From positions 64,001 through 128,000 of IMG/VR virus record IMGVR_UViG_3300042197_002234: 64,000 nt of DNA; one strand, given 5' to 3'. The stretch is from a virus. Every line of letters begins with the position of its first letter. Positions within the stretch are counted from its first letter, which is position 1. Shown here one piece after another: positions 56,244 to 63,769 of this stretch. The position numbers and the translations under genes were made by a program. The notes beneath the pieces are model-generated. The model was given only the letters and a program-made list of their open reading frames with translations, ran no database searches and had not been told where the DNA came from.

Positions 56244-56318
56244 TGGAGACAGTGGGAATTGAACCCACCACACTTTCCTTGCAAGGGAAAATCGCCAAGC
56301 CTTGGTACATGTGTCCCC
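56244..56318 (-). tRNA. tRNA-Ala (TGC)
   Basis: TTTCC CT TGC AA GGAAA; G3.U70. Confidence 0.93.
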
Positions 56319-56414
56319 ATTTTTTTTTCTTCACCAATATGTCAAAGAACCTTTATCTTTTTAACAACACTACAAAGTTACAAAAGAAATTTTAAAAAAA
56401 CAACATCCTTGAAA

Positions 56415-56446
56415 AACAAAAAACCCACCTTTTTATGGGTGGGTTT
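56415..56446 (-). terminator. Attenuator terminator 1
   Basis: AAACCCACC-CATAAAAA-GGTGGGTTT TTTG. Confidence 0.9.
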
Positions 56447-56471
56447 GGTATTTCATAGTGTTAGTTTAAAA

Positions 56472-56543
56472 TCATACCATACCCACCTGAGTCAATCCTA
56501 TTGCTTCAGTTGTGCCTAAAAGTATGATATCTAAATTTCTCAT
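56472..56543 (-). CDS. Leader peptide 1 MRNLDIILLGTTEAIGLTQVGMV (not in the ORF track)
   Basis: ATG 56543, TGA 56472; A-rich upstream; last codons complementary to the terminator 5' strand. Confidence 0.8.
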   Translation of the reverse strand: MRNLDIILLGTTEAIGLTQVGMV

Positions 56544-56616
56544 TTTTTGCGTTATTGTTTTTTCTTAAATATACCCATTTTTAAAAAAGTATCAATATTA
56601 AGTTTAAAAATACCGA

Positions 56617-56811
56617 TTATTTTTTTGCTTCGGTAATTTTTTCTTTAAACTCAAACCTAATTGTATCACCAACACTATACTTTCGATTGGTACCAATAAT
56701 ACCCGTTTCTAAATGATTTTCAGCGTTTTTTACCTCATAGGTATAGGTTCCGTTAACATCAATGTCACAACAAAGAACCAAAAAAAGTTTAATAATTACA
56801 ATCTCTTTCAT
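56617..56811 (-). CDS. Hypothetical protein
   Basis: MKEIVIIKLF.. start is more plausible than 56883. Confidence 0.45.
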   Translation of the reverse strand: MKEIVIIKLFLVLCCDIDVNGTYTYEVKNAENHLETGIIGTNRKYSVGDTIRFEFKEKITEAKK

Positions 56812-56815
56812 ATGA

Positions 56816-57283
56816 TTAATTTTTAGTAAATGATTTATCTGCCCAAGTTTTAGCACCCATACGCTCCCAAATTTGGATATCACACATTTCAGGGAAAGAA
56901 GTTCTCATGTCACCAACAGTCAACACTTCCAAGAACCCTTTGTCAATACCAAACCACTTTCCGCTCTTGGTGGTGTATACGTTCATCCAATGACCGTACT
57001 CATTTTTAACCTGAATGTTAACCAAGGCGTTTTTCTTGAATCCAGCGATTACGTTTTTAGGGTAATCAGTTGTGTCACTCATTGTAATGAAACCAGCCTT
57101 ACATTTTACTGCCACACGAAACTCATATTTTTTATCAGTGTCTTTAATGTGGTTTGACACCATTACGTTTATTAATTTGTCTTTGATTCGAGTTTTGAAT
57201 GAACCGAAGAATACATCTCCAGCCATTGTTCCTACAGTTTCTACGATAATTGAGCTTGGGGTGTTTGTGTTGGTATTTGTCAT
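56816..57283 (-). CDS. Hypothetical protein
   Basis: TATCTTTG promoter 57305-57312. Confidence 0.6.
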   Translation of the reverse strand: MTNTNTNTPSSIIVETVGTMAGDVFFGSFKTRIKDKLINVMVSNHIKDTDKKYEFRVAVKCKAGFITMSDTTDYPKNVIAGFKKNALVNIQVKNEYGHWMNVYTTKSGKWFGIDKGFLEVLTVGDMRTSFPEMCDIQIWERMGAKTWADKSFTKN

Positions 57284-57342
57284 ATTATTTCCGATTTTGT
57301 TATACAAAGATACAACAAAATTTCAAACTACCAAAACTTTTT

Positions 57343-57804
57343 TTAAAAAAGATAAGAATGTCTGTATTGTAATGGAATTGCTAACCCAAAACCCCAATAT
57401 TTTTCATTAGACACACTATAAGCAATTGCTATATCCCATTGATTTCTTTTTTGAGTTATCATCTTTAATGGGTGAAATTTAACCCAAACTTCAGGTTTTA
57501 TTTCTTTATTGGTATTTGGTAATGTATTGAATTTAATACCCGTACCGATAACTAATCCATTTTTTAAAACACCATAATTAATTCCAAATCTGTTTAAATA
57601 AGGGCTTGGATTCATTTGTCCTATCGGTGCTGAAACCATCCACATATTGTAACCTCCTCCCGCATGAATACCAAACCCTTTGGTGTCCAAGTTTTCCATA
57701 GATAACATAAAACTTTGTTCACCAGGAAAATATGTAATACCTGAGTACTGACCCCACACTTTTGACGTAAAAAATAACGTCAATATAAAAATTATTTTTT
57801 TCAT
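57343..57804 (-). CDS. Secreted outer-membrane beta-barrel-like protein
   Basis: Signal peptide, alternating hydrophobic strands, terminal Phe. Confidence 0.5.
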   Translation of the reverse strand: MKKIIFILTLFFTSKVWGQYSGITYFPGEQSFMLSMENLDTKGFGIHAGGGYNMWMVSAPIGQMNPSPYLNRFGINYGVLKNGLVIGTGIKFNTLPNTNKEIKPEVWVKFHPLKMITQKRNQWDIAIAYSVSNEKYWGFGLAIPLQYRHSYLF

Positions 57805-57807
57805 TTG

Positions 57808-57893
57808 TGGAAGTGGTAGGATTCGAACCTACAAGTTTACCGCAAGGGACCTGTTTTACAGACAGGCGAGCACACCATTTGCTCAACACTTCC
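57808..57893 (-). tRNA. tRNA-Tyr (GTA)
   Basis: CCTGT CT GTA AA ACAGG; variable arm. Confidence 0.93.
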
Positions 57894-58104
57894 AAGTTAG
57901 GAAAGAGGAAGATGGTTCAGTGGACATCCTCTTTTACGATTGGCGTTACTCAGGTGTATATCTCCAAACTCCGATGATACCGACCGATATACACTCTCAT
58001 GTCATAGGTATCACCATTCCCCAATCAACCTATAATTTTAAACTAACACCATGACTCCTTTCGACCTTGCACGAGTCGTATCATTCAACTCTGTGTTAGT
58101 TTTG

Positions 58105-58179
58105 CTCCCTCGACAGGATTCGAACCTGTGACCCAACGGTTAACAGCCGTTTGCTCTAAACCTACTGAGCTACGAAGGA
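58105..58179 (-). tRNA. tRNA-Asn (GTT)
   Basis: AACGG CT GTT AA CCGTT; G73. Confidence 0.93.
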
Positions 58180-58184
58180 ATTTG

Positions 58185-58255
58185 CACGGATAGAAGGACT
58201 CGAACCTCCACCAACAGTTTTGGAGACTGGGATGCTACCATTACACCATATCCGT
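58185..58255 (-). tRNA. tRNA-Trp (CCA)
   Basis: CCAGT CT CCA AA ACTGT; G73. Confidence 0.92.
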
Positions 58256-58262
58256 GTGTTTG

Positions 58263-58336
58263 AGGTCAGAGTCAGATTTGAACTGACGAATACTTGTTTT
58301 GCAGACAAGCCCCTTAAACCACTTGGGTATCTGACC
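58263..58336 (-). tRNA. tRNA-Cys (GCA)
   Basis: CTTGT CT GCA AA ACAAG; U73. Confidence 0.93.
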
Positions 58337-58393
58337 TTAGAGTGTAGTGGGGGGTACCTCCCCTGTGGTTACTACACATTTAACCCACTTTAG

Positions 58394-58468
58394 TGTCCCC
58401 GACAGGGCTCGAACCTGTGACCCGTACATTAAAAGTGTACTGCTCTAATCCAACTGAGCTACGAAGAC
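58394..58468 (-). tRNA. tRNA-Lys (TTT)
   Basis: GTACA CT TTT AA TGTAC. Confidence 0.93.
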
Positions 58469-58531
58469 ATAATTTACGGCTCAAAGAATCTGAGTTTGTG
58501 GCTCAGAAACGCCCAATTTTGAGCCGTATTG

Positions 58532-58606
58532 TAGTCAAGGTTGGACTTGAACCAACGACCTTCTGCGTATCAGGCAGACGCTCTAAACCGACTGAGCTAC
58601 ATGACT
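58532..58606 (-). tRNA. tRNA-Ile (GAT)
   Basis: TCTGC CT GAT AC GCAGA. Confidence 0.9.
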
Positions 58607-58695
58607 ATGTTTTAGTTTTACTGAGCAAATATAACCATTTTTTGGTATATAACGCTCTGTTTTACTATTTTTTTTTTAATATTACCCGACATCAA

Positions 58696-59241
58696 TCATT
58701 TTGATTCAAACTTTTTAATAAAATTTTCACGATAATTGTCAATTATTTGTGAAATTTCACTTCTATACTTTGAGTGTATGTAGTGATGGTGTGTCGGACA
58801 TAACGGTATTAGGTTTTCTATTGAGTTATTAGTATGAACTTCATCGTAGTGGTGAACCGCAACTATTTTATTTTCACCACAAACAACACATTTGTGTTCA
58901 TGATGTTCAAAACAGATTCTACGATAACCATTTTTAGTTTCCGAATATTTACCCCAATTAGGGTTATTTTCACCACTTCTAAAATAAGTATTAGAACAAG
59001 AATGAGAACATGTAACTTTTTCATCTCTATTACCTTTTGAAGTTTCAAAAGATTTGTTACAAACAGGACATTCTTTAATTATTCTATTATAGATTAATTT
59101 TCTACTCCTCAAATGACTAATATCCACCCCATTTTGGTTTATGAATGATTCAAACTTTTTTCTATTTGACCCATTATCATATCCAAACATTTTTATTATC
59201 GCTTCTGACTTAGTTTTCGATGTTTTAATTATATCCTCCAT
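58696..59241 (-). CDS. HNH endonuclease inserted in the tRNA array
   Basis: CPVC..CSHSC, CVVC, VHHYDE.HTNN..ENL.PLCPTHH; late motif 59245-59253. Confidence 0.85.
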   Translation of the reverse strand: MEDIIKTSKTKSEAIIKMFGYDNGSNRKKFESFINQNGVDISHLRSRKLIYNRIIKECPVCNKSFETSKGNRDEKVTCSHSCSNTYFRSGENNPNWGKYSETKNGYRRICFEHHEHKCVVCGENKIVAVHHYDEVHTNNSIENLIPLCPTHHHYIHSKYRSEISQIIDNYRENFIKKFESK

Positions 59242-59304
59242 ACTAATAAATATCTAAATTTGTCGTAAAGTCAAATTTTAATCAAAACTTGTTTAAACGA
59301 TTAG

Positions 59305-59379
59305 TCGGGTAGACTGGACTCGAACCAGCACAATGTCCTCATCCCAAATGAGGCGACCTACCAATTGGTCTACTACCCG
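59305..59379 (-). tRNA. tRNA-Pro (TGG)
   Basis: CCTCA TT TGG GA TGAGG. Confidence 0.93.
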
Positions 59380-59389
59380 TTACTTTCAG

Positions 59390-59475
59390 CGGAAGGAGAG
59401 GGGCTCGAACCCTCGCGGCTTTGACACCCTAACAGTTTAGCAAACTGCCCCCTTCACCAACTTGGGTACCCTTCC
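59390..59475 (-). tRNA. tRNA-Ser (GCT)
   Basis: GCAGT TT GCT AA ACTGT; variable arm; G73. Confidence 0.92.
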
Positions 59476-59512
59476 TTTTTTTCCGACCTAGCTCGGGAAC
59501 ACACATCGGATG

Positions 59513-59584
59513 TAGTTCTTGAAGGACTTGAACCCTCAATTCCTCGTCCGTAGCGAGACGTGTTATCCATTACACCAAAGAACT
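59513..59584 (-). tRNA. tRNA-Arg (ACG)
   Basis: TCTCG CT ACG GA CGAGG. Confidence 0.92.
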
Positions 59585-59588
59585 ATTT

Positions 59589-59678
59589 TGGCGGAAGCGA
59601 AGGGAATCGAACCCCCAACACGCTATTAACGTGCTACTTGTTTTCAAGACAAGCTCCTCGTCCATTCGGACCACTTCC
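59589..59678 (-). tRNA. tRNA-Ser (TGA)
   Basis: CTTGT CT TGA AA ACAAG; CCA encoded. Confidence 0.95.
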
Positions 59679-59782
59679 ATTTTTTTAGGTCGTGACGAAC
59701 CCATCTGTCACTTCTTAATAGATTCTTGTAGTTTACTTACCGCGGTTCAATCCGTTACTAACAGGGAACCCAACCTATTTTG

Positions 59783-59854
59783 GGTGTAGGGACGGTACCG
59801 ACCCGTCTTATCTAGTTCCACAAACTAGTGCATCACCTTAATGCTTCAAACACC
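59783..59854 (-). tRNA. tRNA-His (GTG), divergent
   Basis: CTAGT TT GTG GA ACTAG; G-1/C73; atypical T-loop GTCGGTA and 2 acceptor mismatches. Confidence 0.7.
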
Positions 59855-59863
59855 ATGTAAAAT

Positions 59864-60000
59864 TGATGGTAATTGGATTTATCAGGAATCCCGTCCACGA
59901 CTTCACACACCATTAGAGAGTTGAGTATTTCTACTTATCCTTAGTGTGTACCCTTGCGTCACGTCTCTCCACGCTTACCAATCTACGCCTTGTACCATCA
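59864..60000 (-). ncRNA. Candidate 137-nt structured RNA
   Basis: Perfect closing helix tgatggta/taccatca. Confidence 0.4.
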
Positions 60001-60006
60001 ATTTTG

Positions 60007-60140
60007 TAGTCAGGGTCGGACTCGAACCGAATACCGTTCAAGACGGATTAGACAACCTTACGACTCCATAGAACCCACAAGTGTCTGGGACTATTGGTCT
60101 TGGGGACTCGGGTACCATCCCTCATTACGTCCACCTAACT
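60007..60140 (-). ncRNA. tRNA-top-half RNA with expanded body
   Basis: Acceptor AGTTAGG/CCTGACT + A73; TCGG TTCGAGT CCGA; no canonical anticodon arm. Confidence 0.6.
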
Positions 60141-60215
60141 ATTTACCCCACTTCACCAGCTTAACGGACTGGCTGCCATGTGGGAGTGGGGGTTTCCTGT
60201 TATTTCAGGACTCCG

Positions 60216-60288
60216 TGGTGAGAGCTGGAATCGAACCAGCGGCACGTAGGGCTTCAACCTACTGCTCTACCTACTGAGCTATCACACC
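60216..60288 (-). tRNA. tRNA-Phe (GAA)
   Basis: GTAGG TT GAA GC CCTAC. Confidence 0.92.
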
Positions 60289-60298
60289 ATATAAAAAA

Positions 60299-60435
60299 TG
60301 ATAGTGTTGGGATACCCGTCTCGTCCCAATCTTAACTGCTTAATCGTAGTTTTACGAGGCCTCGGCAGAGGGTGTTGAACACTGTGAACCTTACAACTAC
60401 TTTGTCGACTTTCATTGTAAGAGTGACCACTATCA
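60299..60435 (-). ncRNA. Candidate 137-nt structured RNA
   Basis: Perfect closing helix tgatagtg/cactatca; ttggga/tcccaa. Confidence 0.4.
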
Positions 60436-60569
60436 ATATTTTTTCTATTTCAAAGAACCCTTTTCGTCTGGGGTGTAGGTAACCCTATCAAACCTACACC
60501 CCCATCGTTTGTGAATACAAAGTTACAAAACATTTTTCTAACTAACAAGTACCCACTTATTTTTTTTTG

Positions 60570-60643
60570 TAGTCCCTGTCGGATTCGAACCAACGACCCT
60601 CTGCATGTAAGGCAGATGCTCTAACCAACTGAGCTAAAGGACT
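60570..60643 (-). tRNA. tRNA-Val (TAC)
   Basis: TCTGC CT TAC AT GCAGA. Confidence 0.93.
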
Positions 60644-60649
60644 ATTAAG

Positions 60650-60719
60650 TTGCGTGTTCGGGGTTCGAACCCGATTGACCTTCCTTATGAGAGAAAGTTC
60701 TTTTCCCCTAAGCCACGCA
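60650..60719 (-). tRNA. tRNA-Met (CAT), divergent D arm
   Basis: TTTCT CT CAT AA GGAAG; TCGGG TTCGAAC CCCGA; short D arm. Confidence 0.6.
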
Positions 60720-60726
60720 ATTTATG

Positions 60727-60797
60727 TTACCCCCCAAGGATTCGAACCTCGATTAAGTGGACCAAAACCACTTGTCCTGCCATTAGACGAGAGGGTA
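60727..60797 (-). tRNA. tRNA-Gln (TTG)
   Basis: AGTGG TT TTG GT CCACT. Confidence 0.92.
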
Positions 60798-60830
60798 ATT
60801 TTAGGTTACCAATATGTCAAAGAACCCGTA

Positions 60831-60865
60831 AAACAAAAAACCCCGAACTTTTTATGGTTCGGGGT
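60831..60865 (-). terminator. Attenuator terminator 2
   Basis: ACCCCGAAC-CATAAAAA-GTTCGGGGT TTTTTGTTTT. Confidence 0.9.
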
Positions 60866-60897
60866 CTGTTATCTGTTTTACTTTCAAATATCCACAA

Positions 60898-60987
60898 TTA
60901 TTCCGAACCAATATTTTGCACACGTGGATACCAGCAATTTTTAAATTGCGACTTACTGATAATGACCATATGTTTATTAGTTCTCAT
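60898..60987 (-). CDS. Leader peptide 2 MRTNKHMVIISKSQFKNCWYPRVQNIGSE (not in the ORF track)
   Basis: ATG 60987, TAA 60898; TAACTTTG promoter 61011-61018; last codons complementary to the terminator 5' strand. Confidence 0.8.
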   Translation of the reverse strand: MRTNKHMVIISKSQFKNCWYPRVQNIGSE

Positions 60988-61047
60988 TGTATTTTAATTT
61001 ATAAGTATTACAAAGTTAAGAAAAATTTTAGACAAGTCAAACTTTTT

Positions 61048-61305
61048 TTAAAATCTTTTCGCAATTTTAAGAATTGTTTCCTCTTCTTCCCTAGTTAACA
61101 TCAACCTACTGTTAGATAATTTATCCAAAGCGATTCCCCATTCTAACTCCATAATGTTTTTTCGTTCTTCAGGAACATTGTAATAAGTTGGTTTGATATG
61201 ACCATCCTCGGTCAGAATATCAATCAATTCTTTAATTTCTCTTTTTGAACAAGCGTCAACAAAATCGCTTGGGTCTATGTCTACATAAGATTCAAATTCT
61301 GGCAT
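61048..61305 (-). CDS. Hypothetical protein
   Basis: Clean ORF. Confidence 0.6.
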   Translation of the reverse strand: MPEFESYVDIDPSDFVDACSKREIKELIDILTEDGHIKPTYYNVPEERKNIMELEWGIALDKLSNSRLMLTREEEETILKIAKRF

Positions 61306-61317
61306 ATTTTTTTAATA

Positions 61318-61551
61318 TTAAATGGTTTCGTCAATTTTATCTTGAATTTCAATAATTTTTGATTCAATGTATCTTTCTAATTTTTCTGACACATTAAGAT
61401 ATTGTTCCCTTAGTTTATGAAATTCTTCATCATTAATTTCTTTAAAAGAACTATAATGCTTGAAACAATAGTGGAATCCTTCCGCACCTATTCTGTATCG
61501 AACCATTTCAAAGTTCTCTAATTCTTCATGTAAATAATCTATATTACTCAT
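61318..61551 (-). CDS. Hypothetical protein
   Basis: Coupled ORF. Confidence 0.6.
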   Translation of the reverse strand: MSNIDYLHEELENFEMVRYRIGAEGFHYCFKHYSSFKEINDEEFHKLREQYLNVSEKLERYIESKIIEIQDKIDETI

Positions 61552-62267
61552 TGGTTTAATTTTCTTTTACAGTTATTACAAAATTCTTTACGGTTAGTAC
61601 CATTAACTTTCATTAAACAGTCTTCGTCGTCGCAGTGATTTAGACCAAAGTTGTGACCTAATTCATGATTAGCAACATTCTGTAGGTTAGAAATTCTATA
61701 GTTACCGTTAATCTTTAATTGATAAGTACTAACAACAGCGGCGTCATGGTAAAATCTTGCGTAACCACTAATTAATTCAAGGTTATTCTCATGAGAACAC
61801 AAAGGATGATTAGTAACATATACGTGACGACCATCACCATCACCTTCTTCCAAGTTTAAAGTTTCAAGAGCATTAACATATTCACCGTTAATGAAATAAC
61901 GAGAGCTAGGGTTTGAATGTGGATTACCGATTTTAGTTTCTAAACCGTAAAAATTTTCGATTCCCTGGCAAACAGTCTCCAAATCTTCATGACTGTAATC
62001 ACCAAAACCATGAACATATACAATGTTTTTCGGTTTTTTAGTTTCAGATTTAACAACAGGTTTAGTTGATGGTTTATTTTTTACATCAACTGATTTACCA
62101 TATTTACCTAACTTATGTTCTTTGTCATAAGAATCCGCATATTCAGCAGCACTTTGTTTGAATTTATCAATACTATAGTTGTGTTTTTCGGCAAGTTCAA
62201 ATAAAGAACCAACAATTACTACAACAATACAAAGATTTACAATTGATTTTAATGGTGATGTTTTCAT
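61548..62267 (-). CDS. Membrane-anchored metzincin zinc protease (archaemetzincin/M54-like)
   Basis: N-terminal TM, HELGHNFGLNHC..CLM..FC..C. Confidence 0.85.
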   Translation of the reverse strand: MKTSPLKSIVNLCIVVVIVGSLFELAEKHNYSIDKFKQSAAEYADSYDKEHKLGKYGKSVDVKNKPSTKPVVKSETKKPKNIVYVHGFGDYSHEDLETVCQGIENFYGLETKIGNPHSNPSSRYFINGEYVNALETLNLEEGDGDGRHVYVTNHPLCSHENNLELISGYARFYHDAAVVSTYQLKINGNYRISNLQNVANHELGHNFGLNHCDDEDCLMKVNGTNRKEFCNNCKRKLNQ

Positions 62268-62321
62268 ACTACAAAGATACTAAAATTATTTTAACTACCA
62301 AAAAATAATGATAAATATTTG

Positions 62322-62393
62322 TAGGCCCACCAGGACTCGAACCTGGAATAGAAGCTTAGAAGGCTACTGTTATATCCCTTTAACTATGGGCCC
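62322..62393 (-). tRNA. tRNA-Arg (TCT)
   Basis: GTAGC CT TCT AA GCTTC. Confidence 0.92.
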
Positions 62394-62402
62394 TAATCTA
62401 AA

Positions 62403-62582
62403 TTAGATTTGTTTGATGATGTACTTATGACCTGAATCTGAGTTTTTTTCAAAAAGAGACCTCATTTTTTCAGCCTCTTCTTGAGTTTCAAACTCCATTA
62501 CATCATCTTGACCGTCTAACAAAACAACAGGTAATTCAACGTTAGTTGTCATCTGTTTAATCATTTTAACTATAATATACAT
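62403..62582 (-). CDS. Hypothetical protein
   Basis: Start uncertain. Confidence 0.5.
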   Translation of the reverse strand: MYIIVKMIKQMTTNVELPVVLLDGQDDVMEFETQEEAEKMRSLFEKNSDSGHKYIIKQI

Positions 62583-62616
62583 AACACTGTAAAGGTAATA
62601 CAAAAAATTAAAATAA

Positions 62617-63705
62617 TCAAACTCTTTTTTTACCACCAAAAACATTAGGAGTTAAATTAGTTCTATTTGGTCTGACATTTTTTAGCATATTTGCTTGAGC
62701 TGATAATGAGTTTTTCTTTAATTCTAATGTTTCTTGTCTATTTTTGGGTTTGTTTTGTATTACAGGTTTAATATTTTTTTCTGTTGGTTTATATATAGAC
62801 CTATTATTGATAATTTGATTAACTAAATCGTATTTAACAGTATCTTTAATTTTATCTTTATTAGGATTAAATGGTTTATCATTTATTTTAAATAAAATAT
62901 CATTAAGTAAGTTTAAAGATGTTTGTTTATATTCTAAATCAGTATTATTTCTAAAATCATTATCATAATCATAAACTAATTTTAGTTTTTTATAGGGTGG
63001 TAAAGAATATATATATTTAGCAGTTCTACTTTGTAGTGTTGAATCTTTAATCGCCCCAGTTATTGAGTACGATTGATTTTCATGCCAATTATAAATGTAT
63101 GTAATTTCGTTAATAAATTTGTAATGTTCATTACCCGCCATTTCTAACATAGGTAAACCTATTCCAATATCTACTGCAGCTTTTAAATAATCATTTTCAA
63201 AAATTAAATCTTTTAAATTTATTGACCTAAATAAAAAAGCCCTATATGTTCTCATATGTGAAAAATTCCATGGAGTACTTCTAGCTTTGTCAGGATTTGC
63301 TTTACCATAATTCATACTTCTACCATTTGTATCAACCCATTTAGTACCGCAAATCCAAATATTTTGGTCAGTATAGATTTTATTGATTAACCCAAAAACA
63401 TTATTATCCAACAATTTATCATCACCATCAATTTCTATAATAACATCAGCCCATTCAATATCACCATTATTATAAATTATATCTATAAAGTTTTTAGCTT
63501 TGTATTTTTTTTGTTTATTTTTTATTAAAACAAATCTTTCATCACCATCTATTGTTTTTTCTGCGATAGAATACGAATTGTCGGTAGACATATCGTCAAC
63601 AAGATAACAAACAAAATTTGTAAAATATTGATTTTTTATTGAATTTATACAATCTGATATATATTTTTCAGAATTCCAAAATGTTGATACAACTACTAAT
63701 TTCAT
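62617..63705 (-). CDS. Glycosyltransferase family 2
   Basis: WNSEKYI..CI.SI..Q, VDD.STD, IDGDD. Confidence 0.85.
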   Translation of the reverse strand: MKLVVVSTFWNSEKYISDCINSIKNQYFTNFVCYLVDDMSTDNSYSIAEKTIDGDERFVLIKNKQKKYKAKNFIDIIYNNGDIEWADVIIEIDGDDKLLDNNVFGLINKIYTDQNIWICGTKWVDTNGRSMNYGKANPDKARSTPWNFSHMRTYRAFLFRSINLKDLIFENDYLKAAVDIGIGLPMLEMAGNEHYKFINEITYIYNWHENQSYSITGAIKDSTLQSRTAKYIYSLPPYKKLKLVYDYDNDFRNNTDLEYKQTSLNLLNDILFKINDKPFNPNKDKIKDTVKYDLVNQIINNRSIYKPTEKNIKPVIQNKPKNRQETLELKKNSLSAQANMLKNVRPNRTNLTPNVFGGKKRV

Positions 63706-63769
63706 AAAAAAGGGGTATGGTCTATTTATAAATAGGTTCACTAACTTATTTTTTAAAAAATATCATAAA

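Larger units (their letters stand above)
15255..62279. promoter_or_regulatory. Bacteroidota-type -7 promoters (TAnnTTTG)
   Basis: +15255, 17164, 20332, 42074; -40943, 44467, 44728, 44874, 47629, 49520, 51122, 53509, 54755, 56373, 57305, 60518, 61011, 62272. Confidence 0.8.
7514..63735. promoter_or_regulatory. Putative late promoter ATATTTAT(A/T), about 20 copies
   Basis: On the coding strand 3-25 nt before ATG: +7514, 11645, 13150, 14750; -16866, 20301, 21568, 25185, 26289, 27779, 29804, 35630, 37988, 42035, 43073, 46499, 59245; palindrome 63722-63735. Confidence 0.75.

Noticed and set aside
53900-61100. Track ORFs overlapping tRNAs (e.g. 54185, 54890, 55369, 55409, 55584, 55840, 56241, 58393, 59954, 60650, 60654, 60916)
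   Set aside because: Translations of tRNA or ncRNA sequence with no protein features
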